Shown here piece after piece: positions 18,223 through 27,915 of a DNA stretch of 64,000 nucleotides (the first letter of the stretch is position 1; each line of letters starts with the position of its first letter). The notes beneath the pieces are model-generated. The model had not been told where the DNA came from, did no database searches, and saw only the letters and a list, made by a program, of their open reading frames with translations. The position numbers were made by a program, and so were the translations under genes. The stretch is from Myxococcota bacterium (GTDB lineage Bacteria > Myxococcota_A > UBA9160 > UBA6930): the NCBI GenBank assembly GCA_965223415.1, contig OZ245002.1, positions 4,320,001 to 4,384,000 of the forward strand. Reading direction: 5' to 3'.

Positions 18223-18938
18223 AGCGAGTGCTCGTCGGTCTCCTGGTCCTGGTCGTCCTGCTGGCGGCCGGCCTCTGGGGCTGGCTGCGGTGGTACGGCG
18301 CGCGCAGCCAGGACCCGACCTTCTTCGAGGACTCGATCGCCGCCTTCGAGGCGGAGGACCGCGCGATGTCGCCGCCGCACCCGGTGGTGGTGTTCACCGG
18401 GAGCTCGAGCGTGCGGCTGTGGTCGAGCCTCGAGCGGGACATGGCTCCCATCCCCGTGCTGAACCGCGGCTTCGGCGGATCCCAGATGAGCCACGTCGTC
18501 TACTTCGCCGAGAGCGTGATCAACGCCTACCGGCCCACGGCGGTCGTGGTCTACGCCGGTGACAACGACCTCGACTCCCGCACCGGCAAGACCGCGGAGA
18601 CGGTGCTCGCGGACTTTCGCGAGCTGGTCGGCATCGTTCATGCCGGGCTTCCCGAGACGCGCATCTACTACCTGACCATCAAGCCCTCGAAACTGCGCTG
18701 GGACCGCTGGCCGGAGATGACCCGGGCGAACGAGGCGATCGCCGCCTTCGCCGCCGGCGATTCACGGCTCGGTGTGATCGACATCGGCCCCGCGACCCTG
18801 GGGCCCGACGGGACGCCTCGTGACGACGTCTTCATCTTCGACGGCCTGCACCTGAACGCGACCGGTTACGCTGCCTGGACCGAGGTGGTGCGCGCCGCCC
18901 TGCTGGCCGACCCCGCCGTCCAGGCGATCCTGCCGTAG
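18219..18938 (+). CDS. SGNH/GDSL hydrolase with N-terminal membrane anchor
   Basis: GTGA overlap with upstream stop; FTGSSS, NRGFGGS, GDND, DGLH. Confidence 0.85.
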   Translation: MKRVLVGLLVLVVLLAAGLWGWLRWYGARSQDPTFFEDSIAAFEAEDRAMSPPHPVVVFTGSSSVRLWSSLERDMAPIPVLNRGFGGSQMSHVVYFAESVINAYRPTAVVVYAGDNDLDSRTGKTAETVLADFRELVGIVHAGLPETRIYYLTIKPSKLRWDRWPEMTRANEAIAAFAAGDSRLGVIDIGPATLGPDGTPRDDVFIFDGLHLNATGYAAWTEVVRAALLADPAVQAILP

Positions 18939-18946
18939 GAGGCCCC

Positions 18947-20089
18947 ATGCGACGAGAGATCTTCAGCGAGGAGCACGACCTCTTCCGCGAGCAGTTCCGG
19001 CGCTTCGTCCAGGAAGAAGTGGAGCCCCACGTCCAGGCGTGGAACGAGGCCGGCATCACCCCGCGCCGGATCTGGAAGCGGATGGGCGAAGAGGGCTATC
19101 TGGGCGCGAACCAGCCCGAGGCCTACGGCGGCGCCGGCGGCGATTTCCTGTTCGACGCGGTCATCATGGAGGAGCTGGCCTACGCCCGCGCCCACGCACT
19201 CCAGGCTTCCCTGCACACGGACATCTGCGTTCCCTACCTCACGACCTACGCCACCGAGGAGCAGAAGCAGCGTTGGCTGGTGCCGGCCATCGCCGGCGAC
19301 TGCCTCGTCGCCATCGCCATGACCGAGCCCGGCACGGGCTCCGACCTCGCCGCCGTGCAGACGAAGGCGATCCGCGAAGGCGACGAGTACGTGGTGAACG
19401 GCGCCAAGACCTTCATCTCGAACGGACAGAACTGCGACCTGGTGATCGTCGTGGCCAAGACCGATCCGGAGAAGCGGCACGACGGGATCAGCCTGCTGCT
19501 CGTCGAGGCCGATACAGAGGGCTTCGAGCGCGGGCGCAATCTGGCCAAGATCGGCCTCAAGGGCCAGGACACGAGCGAGCTCTTCTTCCGGGAATGCAGG
19601 GTGCCCGCGGAGAACCTGCTGGGCCAGGAGGGGCAGGGCTTCAAGATGTTGATGGAGAAGCTGCAGCAGGAGCGCCTGTGCATCGGCGTCGGCTCCGTGG
19701 CCAGCGCGCGCCGCTCCCTCGACGACACCCTGGCCTACGTGAAGGAGCGCCAGGCCTTCGGCCAGCCCATTGGCCGCTTCCAGAACACGCAGTTCAAGCT
19801 GGCAGAGCTGGTGACGGAGATGGAGATCGGCCAGGCCTTCGTCGACCGGCTGCTCCAGGCCCACGTGCGCGGTGACGAGATCGTCTCCGAGGTGAGCATG
19901 GCCAAGTGGTGGTGCAGCGATCTCCAGAAGAAGGTCGCCGCCGAGTGCCTCCAGCTCCACGGCGGCTACGGCTTCATGGAGGAGTACCCGATCTCCAGCG
20001 ACTACCAGGACGCCGCCGTCCAGAGCATCTACGCCGGAAGCAACGAGATCATGAAGGTGATCATCGCCCGACGGTTGGGGCTGGGCTGA
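18947..20089 (+). CDS. Acyl-CoA dehydrogenase (long-chain type)
   Basis: AMTEPGTGSDL, NGAKTFISNG, RQAFGQPIG, YAGSNEIMK. Confidence 0.93.
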   Translation: MRREIFSEEHDLFREQFRRFVQEEVEPHVQAWNEAGITPRRIWKRMGEEGYLGANQPEAYGGAGGDFLFDAVIMEELAYARAHALQASLHTDICVPYLTTYATEEQKQRWLVPAIAGDCLVAIAMTEPGTGSDLAAVQTKAIREGDEYVVNGAKTFISNGQNCDLVIVVAKTDPEKRHDGISLLLVEADTEGFERGRNLAKIGLKGQDTSELFFRECRVPAENLLGQEGQGFKMLMEKLQQERLCIGVGSVASARRSLDDTLAYVKERQAFGQPIGRFQNTQFKLAELVTEMEIGQAFVDRLLQAHVRGDEIVSEVSMAKWWCSDLQKKVAAECLQLHGGYGFMEEYPISSDYQDAAVQSIYAGSNEIMKVIIARRLGLG

Positions 20090-20373
20090 GGTCACCCATC
20101 TGGCGCTGGCCCTGGTCCGGCATGGCCGGCCGTCCGGGCGGCCCCGCTAGCCCTCGCGGGTCCTCCACTCCTGCACGCCCCCGCCGCGGCGACCGCGTCT
20201 CCGTTGCGTCCAGGGTGGCTGGGCTGAGGCGCGGCAGCGGCCTGTTCTCCCACGCGGGGTCCCTGCGGGGCTCGCAATCCGCTCGCAATGCGCAGCGGAT
20301 GTGACGTTTCGCGGCCGGCCGTCATTGGTCTCTCCGGAGGGCATGGAACCCACGCTCTCGGGAGGAACCGAAG

Positions 20374-21831
20374 ATGGACTGGACGAACCTCTTGAACTCG
20401 ATCCAGGAGGCGCTCGGTGCGACGGTGCCCGGCATCGCCGGCGCGCTCCTGATCGCGGTCGTCGGCTGGATCGCGGCGCTCGTCCTGCGCGCGATCGTGC
20501 GCCGCGGCCTGGGTGCGGCCGGGCTGAACCGGCGCCTGGCGGCGGGCACCGAGATCTCGGTCGACGCCGAGAACGGAGTGGCCAAGGGGGTGTACTGGGT
20601 GGTGCTGGCGATGGTCGGCGTGGCGTTCTTCAACGCCCTCGACCTGAACCAGGCCTCCGGCTCGCTCCAGCAGCTGGTGGACCAGGTGATGGTCTTCCTG
20701 CCCAAGCTCGTGGCCGGTGGCGTACTGCTGGGGGTGGCGATGCTGCTCGCGACCGGTGTGCGCATGCTCTCGACCCGGGCTCTGGCGGCGACCACGCTGG
20801 ACGAGCGGCTCACCCAGGAAGCCGGCATCGCGCCGCCGAGCGCGAGCATCGGCAACGTCCTCTACGGGCTGGTGTTGTTGCTCTTCCTTCCGGCGATCCT
20901 CGGCGTCCTCGAGCTCGGCGGGCTGCTCGCGCCCGTGCAGACCATGGTGGACGAGATCCTGGGCCACCTGCCCAACGTGTTCGGGGCCGGCGTGCTGGGC
21001 GTCGCTGGCTGGTTCGTCGCGCGGCTGCTCCGCGACCTGGTGCAGAACCTGCTTTCGGCCACCGGCGCCGACCGGCTCGGCGAGCGCGCGGGCCTCCAGG
21101 GCAACACCACGCTCTCGGGCCTCGCCGGCCTCCTGGTCTACATCTTCGTGCTGGTGCCCGCCCTCATCGCCGCTCTCAACGTCCTGGCGATCGACGCGAT
21201 CTCCGCGCCGGCGACGGAGATGCTCGGCCAGTTCATGGCGGCCATTCCGAACCTGTTCGCGGCGGGCATCATCCTCGCGGTGGCCTGGATCGTGTCGAAC
21301 TTCGTGGCGGGGCTCCTCGAGTCGCTCCTCGGCGGGATGGGCTTCGATCGACTGCCGGAAACCCTGGGAGTCGCCAGCGTGATGCCCGCCGGCGCGACCC
21401 TCTCCAGTGTTGCCAGCCGCGTGCTGGTGTTCTTCGTGATGCTCTTCGCGCTCGTGGAGGCAGCCGCCCGTCTCGGCTTCGAGCAGATGTCCGGACTGGT
21501 CGGCATGCTCATTGCCTTCGGCGGCGACGTGCTGCTCGGGATCACGATCATCGCGGTCGGAGTGTGGATCTCGAACCTGGCTTCGGACGCGGTGGCGCGC
21601 GTTCGCGGAGGTGGTGCCGGGGGCGTCGCGGGCATCGTTCGCTTCGGCATCCTCGGCATCGTGGTGGCGATGGGCCTGCGCGCCATGGGGCTCGCAGACT
21701 CGATCGTGAACATGGCCTTCGGCCTCACCCTCGGCGCCGTGGCCGTGGCGGTCGCGCTCTCCTTCGGCCTCGGTGGCCGAGAGGCGGCGGGCCGGCAGAT
21801 GGAACACTGGCTGGGTCAGCTTCGGAGCTAG
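20374..21831 (+). CDS. Multi-TM protein with repeated CmpX/MscS-like TM-helix units
   Basis: Repeated hydrophobic units (FLPKLVAG, HLPNVFGAG, AIPNLFAAG); C-terminal ALSFGLGGRE. Confidence 0.8.
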   Translation: MDWTNLLNSIQEALGATVPGIAGALLIAVVGWIAALVLRAIVRRGLGAAGLNRRLAAGTEISVDAENGVAKGVYWVVLAMVGVAFFNALDLNQASGSLQQLVDQVMVFLPKLVAGGVLLGVAMLLATGVRMLSTRALAATTLDERLTQEAGIAPPSASIGNVLYGLVLLLFLPAILGVLELGGLLAPVQTMVDEILGHLPNVFGAGVLGVAGWFVARLLRDLVQNLLSATGADRLGERAGLQGNTTLSGLAGLLVYIFVLVPALIAALNVLAIDAISAPATEMLGQFMAAIPNLFAAGIILAVAWIVSNFVAGLLESLLGGMGFDRLPETLGVASVMPAGATLSSVASRVLVFFVMLFALVEAAARLGFEQMSGLVGMLIAFGGDVLLGITIIAVGVWISNLASDAVARVRGGGAGGVAGIVRFGILGIVVAMGLRAMGLADSIVNMAFGLTLGAVAVAVALSFGLGGREAAGRQMEHWLGQLRS

Positions 21832-21835
21832 TCCG

Positions 21836-21867
21836 GAGGAGGGGGCGGGGGGACCCGCCCCCTCCTC
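21836..21867. terminator. Strong GC hairpin without U-tract (terminator or mRNA stabiliser)
   Basis: GAGGAGGGGGCGGG-GGGA-CCCGCCCCCTCCTC, a perfect 14-bp stem just after the stop codon. Confidence 0.55.
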
Positions 21868-21898
21868 GACCGGTGGCCGTCGGGACTACTCTCAGCCA

Positions 21899-22507
21899 GT
21901 GGAGAGGGGGAAGGCTGGCGGCGCTCCCGGCGCCGATTCGCCGGGCCGAGAGGCGCTGGACGACCACACGCTCGTCCAGCGAGCTCGGCTCGAGCTGCCC
22001 CGCCGGACGATCGCCTACCAAAGGCTCGTCGAACGTCACGCAGACGGGGTCTATCGGCGGGCCCATCGGCTGCTCGGCTCGCGGGAGGACGCGGAGGACG
22101 TGGTCCAGGACGTGATGCTCAGCGTGCTTCGGGGGTTGCCCGGGCTTCGGCCCGAGCAGCCCTTCTCGCACTGGCTCAGTCGGGTGACGACGAATGCCTG
22201 CCTGCTCACGCTGCGGCGGCGCGGCCAACGGGCGCGGCGGCGCGACGCCTTCGGCCGCGAGCCGCGGAACGGTGCGACCCATCCGCCCGGCGACCCCATG
22301 CTGCGCGAAGCGTTGGCTCGCGCACTCGAGGCGTTCCCCGAGGAGACCCGCATCGCCGTGGTGGGCCGCCTGCTCGAGGAGCGGAGCTACGTCGAGCTCG
22401 CACGGGAGCTCGGGCTCAGCGAGTCGGCCCTCAAGATGAGGGTCTCGCGGGCCTGCAGCGCGCTGCGAGAGCGTTTGGCACCGGAGGGCGGGGTCGATGG
22501 CGGATGA
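21899..22507 (+). CDS. ECF sigma factor, Pseudomonas SigX-like (start uncertain)
   Basis: DAEDVVQDVML, FSHWLSRV, SYVELARELGLSESALKMR; N-terminal DDHTLVQRARLELPRRTIAY. Confidence 0.85.
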   Translation: MERGKAGGAPGADSPGREALDDHTLVQRARLELPRRTIAYQRLVERHADGVYRRAHRLLGSREDAEDVVQDVMLSVLRGLPGLRPEQPFSHWLSRVTTNACLLTLRRRGQRARRRDAFGREPRNGATHPPGDPMLREALARALEAFPEETRIAVVGRLLEERSYVELARELGLSESALKMRVSRACSALRERLAPEGGVDGG

Positions 22508-22787
22508 ATCGCGCGCTGGACGGCGCGACGTGCGCGACGACGAGGGGGCTCTGCGCGACCTGTTCGCGGACCCCCTCTCGTTGGGGGAGCCCCCGCCGCC
22601 GCCCGAGCGGGATCTCGTGGAGCAGGCCATGGATCAGGCCCGCGCGGAGATCCACGCCCGGGATTGGATCGACCTCACGACCCAGGTGCTCGTGCTGCGG
22701 TTCTTCGTGCCCATGCTCGAGCTGATCATGGGGAATCTGCTGCCCGCACACTCCCGGGAGGGGAACGATGAACGAGACGATGGCTGA
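22497..22787 (+). CDS. Small protein, CrfX-like putative anti-sigma factor
   Basis: Overlaps the sigma stop; EGALRDLF...LVEQAMDQAR..IHARDW followed by a hydrophobic segment. Confidence 0.55.
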   Translation: MADESRAGRRDVRDDEGALRDLFADPLSLGEPPPPPERDLVEQAMDQARAEIHARDWIDLTTQVLVLRFFVPMLELIMGNLLPAHSREGNDERDDG

Positions 22788-23601
22788 CCGCGCGTCGGCC
22801 TGGGCCGAGCCCCTGACCCAGGCCGCCGCCCAGCTCGGCACGATGGCCGCGAACCTGATTCCGGACCTGGTCGGGGCCATCCTGCTGCTCCTGGTCGGGT
22901 GGGGTGCCGCCCGCGGCCTCGGGTGGCTCGTCGCTCGTGCCCTGGAGCGTCTCGGCTTCGACCGGGCCGTCGAGCGCCTCGCCGGGGACGCCCTGGGTCG
23001 GGTGGGCTTCGCGGGCTCGTCCGCCGCCGTGATGGGGCGCGTCGTCTACTGGATCGTGCTCCTCGCCTTCCTGATGGGCGCGGCCCAGGTCCTCGGCCTG
23101 GACGCCTTGACCGGCACGATCGAACGCCTCTTCGCCTACCTGCCCAACGTGCTGTCCGCCGCGATCATCGTGGTGCTGGGCGTGAGCGTCGCCCGGCTGG
23201 TCGGCGACGTCGTGACCTCCGGCGCCGGAGCGGCGAACCTGAGCTACGCCCGGCAGCTCGGCACCGCGGCGCGGGGTGCCTTCGTGGTGATGGTCGTGGT
23301 GACCGTGCTCGAGCAGCTGGGTGTCGACACGCGCGTGCTCCAGACGGCGATCACCGCGGTGCTGGCCATGATCGCGGTCGGCCTCGGCCTGAGCTTCGCC
23401 TTCGGCTCCGGCGATGTGGTGCGGGGGATCCTCGCTGGCCACTATGTCCGGCAGTCCCTGGAGGAGGGCCAGGAGGTCAGCGTCCGCGGCCGCCGCGGCC
23501 GTGTCGAGCGAATCGGGCCCGTCGAGACCCTGTTCCGGGACGGTTCCGGGAGCTGGAGCATCCCCAACGCCCAGCTGATGGCCGAAGTGATCGAGCGCTA
23601 A
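22768..23601 (+). CDS. CmpX-like small-conductance mechanosensitive channel protein
   Basis: LIPDLVGA, GRVVYWIVLL, YLPNV, SFAFGS..VRGILAGHYVR, GRVERIG beta domain. Confidence 0.8.
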   Translation: MNETMADRASAWAEPLTQAAAQLGTMAANLIPDLVGAILLLLVGWGAARGLGWLVARALERLGFDRAVERLAGDALGRVGFAGSSAAVMGRVVYWIVLLAFLMGAAQVLGLDALTGTIERLFAYLPNVLSAAIIVVLGVSVARLVGDVVTSGAGAANLSYARQLGTAARGAFVVMVVVTVLEQLGVDTRVLQTAITAVLAMIAVGLGLSFAFGSGDVVRGILAGHYVRQSLEEGQEVSVRGRRGRVERIGPVETLFRDGSGSWSIPNAQLMAEVIER

Positions 23602-23637
23602 CGCAACAGGGAGGTTCTGGCGGGCTGGCTCGACGAG

Positions 23638-23952
23638 GTGAGCAACGTTCCGGGCGTGCCCGGCGGACGCACCTCGCTCGCCGGCCAGGTCGAAGGTGCC
23701 CTCGCGGGCGGGACGATCCAGGACCTCGGCAACGGCACGGTCCGCTTCGCGATGACCTTCGACGCATCCGGGCTCGGGCGCGATCCCGGCAGCTCGTCCT
23801 TCGACGTCAGCTACGGCCTCACCGGGCAGTTGGTCGCCCACGCGACGGTGCCGGAGCCCGCTGCGCGGCTGCTGCTCGTTGCCGGGATCCTGGGCCTGTC
23901 CGCTGGCGAACGCACCACCGGGGGCGCTCCCGAGCGCAGGCGTAGCGTCTAG
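23638..23952 (+). pseudogene. C-terminal remnant of a PEP-CTERM surface protein
   Basis: ...LTGQLVAHATVPEPAARLLLVAGILGL; no signal peptide, and Arg inside the TM segment. Confidence 0.55.
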
Positions 23953-24797
23953 GCCAGGTCGGGGGAGCTCGGGTTCCGGGCCAAGCGGACGTCCTCGAGG
24001 CGCAGGTCGCAGGCGGTGCGCCAGGGGTCGCCCTCGGGTGCCAGCACGTAGAAGCGGTCGTCGCGGATGGCCTGGACCGTGCGCTCGGCGATGACCTTCG
24101 GGTCGGCGCCGGTCTTCGTCGCCTCGCGGATCGCCTGCTCGACGAGACGGGTCCCGGCCGGCATCGGCTCGTCGCCGCGCTTCAGGTGGGTGGGGCGATT
24201 GCGGTCGGCGTCCCCGATGCGGGTCGCGATCAGCTCCGGGCACACGACGCTCACGCCCACCTTCGCCTGCTGCATGCGCAGCTCGTGGTAGAGGCTCTCG
24301 GACAGGGCCAGGACGGCGTGCTTGCTCATCACGTAGGCGCCGGACATCGGGGTGGCGGTGACCGCCGCCATCGAAGCCGTGTTGACCACGTGGCCTTCGT
24401 CCTGCTCGAGGAAGATCGGCACGAAGCTGCGGATGCCGTGGATCACGCCCCAGGTGTTCACGCCGAGGACCCACTCGTAGTCGGAGAGCGGGGCCTCCCA
24501 GGAGAGTCCACCGGCGAACACCCCGGCGTTGTTGCACACCACGTGGGCCGCGCCGAAACGGTCTCGGGTCGCCTCGGCGAGAGCCTGCACCGAGTCCGCC
24601 CGCGCGACGTCCGTGACCCGCCCCTCGGCCTCGATACCGGCGCCCCGGAGCCGCGCCACGACCTCGTCCAAGGCCGCTCCGTCCACGTCGGCGACCATCA
24701 CGCCCATTCCCTGGCCGCCGAGACGCTCTGCCATCGCGCGACCGATCCCGCTGGCGCCGCCCGTCACCACGGCCACCTTGCCCGAGAGCTCCTGCAT
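23949..24797 (-). CDS. SDR oxidoreductase
   Basis: TGGASGIG, NNAGV, YVMSK. Confidence 0.92.
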   Translation of the reverse strand: MQELSGKVAVVTGGASGIGRAMAERLGGQGMGVMVADVDGAALDEVVARLRGAGIEAEGRVTDVARADSVQALAEATRDRFGAAHVVCNNAGVFAGGLSWEAPLSDYEWVLGVNTWGVIHGIRSFVPIFLEQDEGHVVNTASMAAVTATPMSGAYVMSKHAVLALSESLYHELRMQQAKVGVSVVCPELIATRIGDADRNRPTHLKRGDEPMPAGTRLVEQAIREATKTGADPKVIAERTVQAIRDDRFYVLAPEGDPWRTACDLRLEDVRLARNPSSPDLA

Positions 24798-24808
24798 CGC
24801 CCCTCCTC

Positions 24809-24857
24809 TCGTCAGTCGTCAGTCGTCAGTCGTCAGTCGCCAATCGTCCGTCGCCCG
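24809..24857. repeat. Heptamer tandem repeat (TCGTCAG)x4 plus 3 degenerate units
   Basis: Perfect units 24809-24836, then TCGCCAA, TCGTCCG, TCGCCCG. Confidence 0.85.
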
Positions 24858-25589
24858 GCTGCGCTCGCCGCTGGCGAAGCGTCCCGCGCGCAGGAAGTGT
24901 ACGACCTCGTCCGCGACCCGATCATCCCGGCGGATCTGCACGTGGCCCTGGGGCACGATCAGGAAGTCGGTCATGCCTTCGACCCGGGCGCTCTCCACGG
25001 AGACGACGCCGTCGCTGGCACCGGTGACGATCCAGCGGCCGAAGCGCGTCGAGAGGGGATGCGCACCGGCGATGATGCCGAGCTCGTAGTCCGGGGGCGC
25101 CAGGCGGTTCGGGAAGCTCCCGCGGCCGGTGCCGAGGCTCGCCGCCGTGGGCCCCAGCACGATTCGGAACCACCAGTCGTCGCCGAAGGTGTCGACCAGC
25201 TCGCTGCCCTTGTTGGGCGGCGCGATCATCACCACCCGCCCGAGGCCGTCCGGTCGCTCTTCCGCGAGCAGCGCCCGGGTGACGACGCCGCCCAGCGAGT
25301 GGGTGACGAAGTGGAGCGGCAGCTCGTCCGCCAGGCAGCAGGCTCCGAGGGCGGCGTGGACGTGGCGTACCAGCCCGTCGGGGGGCTCGCTGCGGGAGGG
25401 GTAGCCGACGTTGTGCACGGCGTAGCCCTCCTGGTGGAGGCGCTTCTCGAGGGGGCGCATCGCCCGCGGCGTGCGCGCCAGGCCATGGAGCAATACCACG
25501 CGCTCGCTCGGCGTCTCCTCCGCGGCGGCGGGCCGGAGGCCGGCGACCAGGGTCAGGAGGGCGGTGGCGGTGATCGCGGCGCGCCTCAA
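24819..25589 (-). CDS. Exported alpha/beta hydrolase (lipase/esterase)
   Basis: TTG start overlapping the upstream TGA; signal peptide; [20 protein letters not shown]. Confidence 0.82.
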   Translation of the reverse strand: MRRAAITATALLTLVAGLRPAAAEETPSERVVLLHGLARTPRAMRPLEKRLHQEGYAVHNVGYPSRSEPPDGLVRHVHAALGACCLADELPLHFVTHSLGGVVTRALLAEERPDGLGRVVMIAPPNKGSELVDTFGDDWWFRIVLGPTAASLGTGRGSFPNRLAPPDYELGIIAGAHPLSTRFGRWIVTGASDGVVSVESARVEGMTDFLIVPQGHVQIRRDDRVADEVVHFLRAGRFASGERSRATDDWRLTTDD

Positions 25590-26809
25590 TCGACGAGGGC
25601 CCCGTACACGATCGCCTTCAGCTGGCCGCGGAAGTCGAAGGTGCGCGACGGCATGAGCTGGGTCATGAACACGACGATCAGCTCCTCGGCCGGATCGATC
25701 CAGAAGATCGTGCTGGCCGCTCCGCCCCAGGCGTACTCGCCGACCGAGCCCACGTTCTGGCCCTTCACGACATCGCAGGTGATCGAGAAGCCCAGGCCGA
25801 AGCCGGTGCCGTCGTAGGGCGTCTCCGAGAACATGCCGACGGCCGCGTCCGACAGGTCCTGGCCGTCGGGCAGGTGGTTGCGGGTCATCAGGTCGAGGGT
25901 GCGCGGGCCGAGGATGCGGACCCCATCGAGGGAGCCCCCGTTCAGCAGGGCCTGGCAGAAGCGGAGGTAGTCCCCCGCCGTCGAGACGAGCCCCCCTCCC
26001 CCGGAGAAGAAGGTCACGTCCCCCAGGTAGGGGCTGTCTTCCGGGTCGTCCTCGAGGCGCAGCCGCTTGCGGGGCCCGCGCACGTAGCAGGCGGCGAAGC
26101 GGTCGCGCAGCGCGTCGGGCACGCGGAAGCCGGTCTCGTTCATGCCGAGGGGCCGGAACACGTGCTTCTCGAGGTAGCGGTCGAACGGCAGGCCCGAGAT
26201 CACCTCGACCAGGTGACCGCAGACGTCCGTCGCCACCGAGTAGTTCCACGCCGTGCCCGGAGCGAACTCGAGGGGGAGGGTGGCGAGCTGCTGCACCATG
26301 TCCCGTAGGGTGCTGCCCGGCTTGCGCTCGCCCACACCGAGCTTGCGGTAGGCCGCATCGACGTTCGTGCGCTCCATGAAGCCGTAGGTGAGTCCGGAGG
26401 TGTGGGTGAGCAGGTCGCGGACGGTCATCGGCCGCTCGCAGGGGCGCGTCACGAAGTGGGGATGGTTGCCCGTCACGTAGACGCCCAGGTCCTTCCACTC
26501 CGGGATGAAGCGGTGTACCGGATCCGTCAGCCGGAAGCGGGCCTCCTCGTGGAGCTGCATCAGGGCGACCGAGGTGATCGGCTTCGACATGGAGTAGATC
26601 CGGAAGAGCGTGTCCAGCTCTACCGGGCGCCCCCGCTCCCGATCCCGCTGGCCCAGGGCGGAGGCGTGGACGACCTCGCCGCGCCGGGCCACGACGGTGA
26701 GCGCGCCGGGGATCTTGTCCCGATCGATGTACTGCTCCTGCAGGTGGCGATCGATCTGGGCCAGGCGGGCGCTGTCGAGCCCCACGTCCTCGGGGCGGGC
26801 GGTGATCAC
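25586..26809 (-). CDS. Serine hydrolase (beta-lactamase-like family)
   Basis: GTG after AGGAG; YSMSK (SxxK), LLTHTSG, WNYS, WGGAA. Confidence 0.9.
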   Translation of the reverse strand: MITARPEDVGLDSARLAQIDRHLQEQYIDRDKIPGALTVVARRGEVVHASALGQRDRERGRPVELDTLFRIYSMSKPITSVALMQLHEEARFRLTDPVHRFIPEWKDLGVYVTGNHPHFVTRPCERPMTVRDLLTHTSGLTYGFMERTNVDAAYRKLGVGERKPGSTLRDMVQQLATLPLEFAPGTAWNYSVATDVCGHLVEVISGLPFDRYLEKHVFRPLGMNETGFRVPDALRDRFAACYVRGPRKRLRLEDDPEDSPYLGDVTFFSGGGGLVSTAGDYLRFCQALLNGGSLDGVRILGPRTLDLMTRNHLPDGQDLSDAAVGMFSETPYDGTGFGLGFSITCDVVKGQNVGSVGEYAWGGAASTIFWIDPAEELIVVFMTQLMPSRTFDFRGQLKAIVYGALVD

Positions 26810-26873
26810 GGCGTTCTCCTCGGCAGGGATTCCGGCGGGAGGGTACAGTGTTGCCCCGCCACGGAGGATCCCC

Positions 26874-27806
26874 ATGCCCGTCGACCCCGGACTCCAGATC
26901 ATCCTCGAACAGCTCGCGGCCAGCCCGGGCCCGAAGCTCCACGAGCTCGAGCCCGCGGCGGCGCGCACCTTCTTCGACGAGATGCAGGTGCCGAGCGAGG
27001 AGATCCCCCTGGCCTCGGTCGAGGACCGCACGATTCCGGGTCCGGCGGGAGCGATCCCCGTGCGCCTCTATCGCCCGCAGACCGACGCGCCGCTTCCGGT
27101 GCTCTTGTACTTCCATGGAGGCGGCTGGGTGATCGGCAGCCTCGACACCCACGACTCCACCTGCCGCGACCTCGCCCGCCAGGCCGGCTGCGCTGTGGTA
27201 TCCGTCGACTACCGACTCGCGCCGGAGCACCCCTATCCCGCCGCGGCCGACGATTGCTACGCAGCCACCTGCTATGTGGCCGCGAACGGCGCCGAGCTCG
27301 GCGTGGACGGCAGCCGTCTCGCGATCGGCGGCGACAGCGCCGGCGGGAACCTCGGCGCCGTTGTCGCCCAGATGGCGCGGGACAAGGACGGGCCGCGGCT
27401 CGCCTTCCAGCTCCTGATCTACCCGGTGACCGATGCGGACTTCACCCGGGCCTCGTACGTCGAAAACGCCGAGGGCTACCTGCTCGAGACCGCCTCGATG
27501 CGCTGGTTCTGGGACCACTACGTGCCCGACCCGGCGCGTCGTGCCGAGGCCTACTGCGCCCCGCTCCGGGCAGCCGACCTGGCCGGCCTGCCTCCCGCCC
27601 TGCTGATCACCGCGGAGTTCGATCCGCTGCGGGACGAGGGCGAGGCCTACGGGCGTCGGCTGGAGGAGGCGGGCGTGGCGGTCGCGGCACGTCGCTACGA
27701 CGGCATGATCCACGGGTTCTTCGGCATGGGCCTCCTGGCCCAGGCGGCGCGAGACGCCGTCGCCGAGGCCTCTGAGGCGCTTCGCAAGGCACTCGCTTCC
27801 GCCTGA
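26874..27806 (+). CDS. HSL-family esterase/lipase
   Basis: [30 protein letters not shown]. Confidence 0.92.
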   Translation: MPVDPGLQIILEQLAASPGPKLHELEPAAARTFFDEMQVPSEEIPLASVEDRTIPGPAGAIPVRLYRPQTDAPLPVLLYFHGGGWVIGSLDTHDSTCRDLARQAGCAVVSVDYRLAPEHPYPAAADDCYAATCYVAANGAELGVDGSRLAIGGDSAGGNLGAVVAQMARDKDGPRLAFQLLIYPVTDADFTRASYVENAEGYLLETASMRWFWDHYVPDPARRAEAYCAPLRAADLAGLPPALLITAEFDPLRDEGEAYGRRLEEAGVAVAARRYDGMIHGFFGMGLLAQAARDAVAEASEALRKALASA

Positions 27807-27849
27807 ACGGACGGTCAGCCGGAGGCGAAAAGACCTCCGAATTCCCCGC

Positions 27850-27877
27850 TCAATCCCCGGTCTCCGTCGACCGATGT
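27850..27877 (+). promoter_or_regulatory. Sigma28-like promoter
   Basis: TCAAT-N15-ACCGATGT; identical geometry at 30801. Confidence 0.5.
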
Positions 27878-27915
27878 TAGGCATTACGGACGTCCGCCCG
27901 TCCGCAGGAGCCCCG

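Noticed and set aside
20090..20270. Possible ncRNA or small ORF in the intergenic gap
   Set aside because: No recognisable conserved structure or coding signature
25586..26809. Beta-lactam resistance gene
   Set aside because: No signal peptide, esterase-type family features, and it sits among lipases
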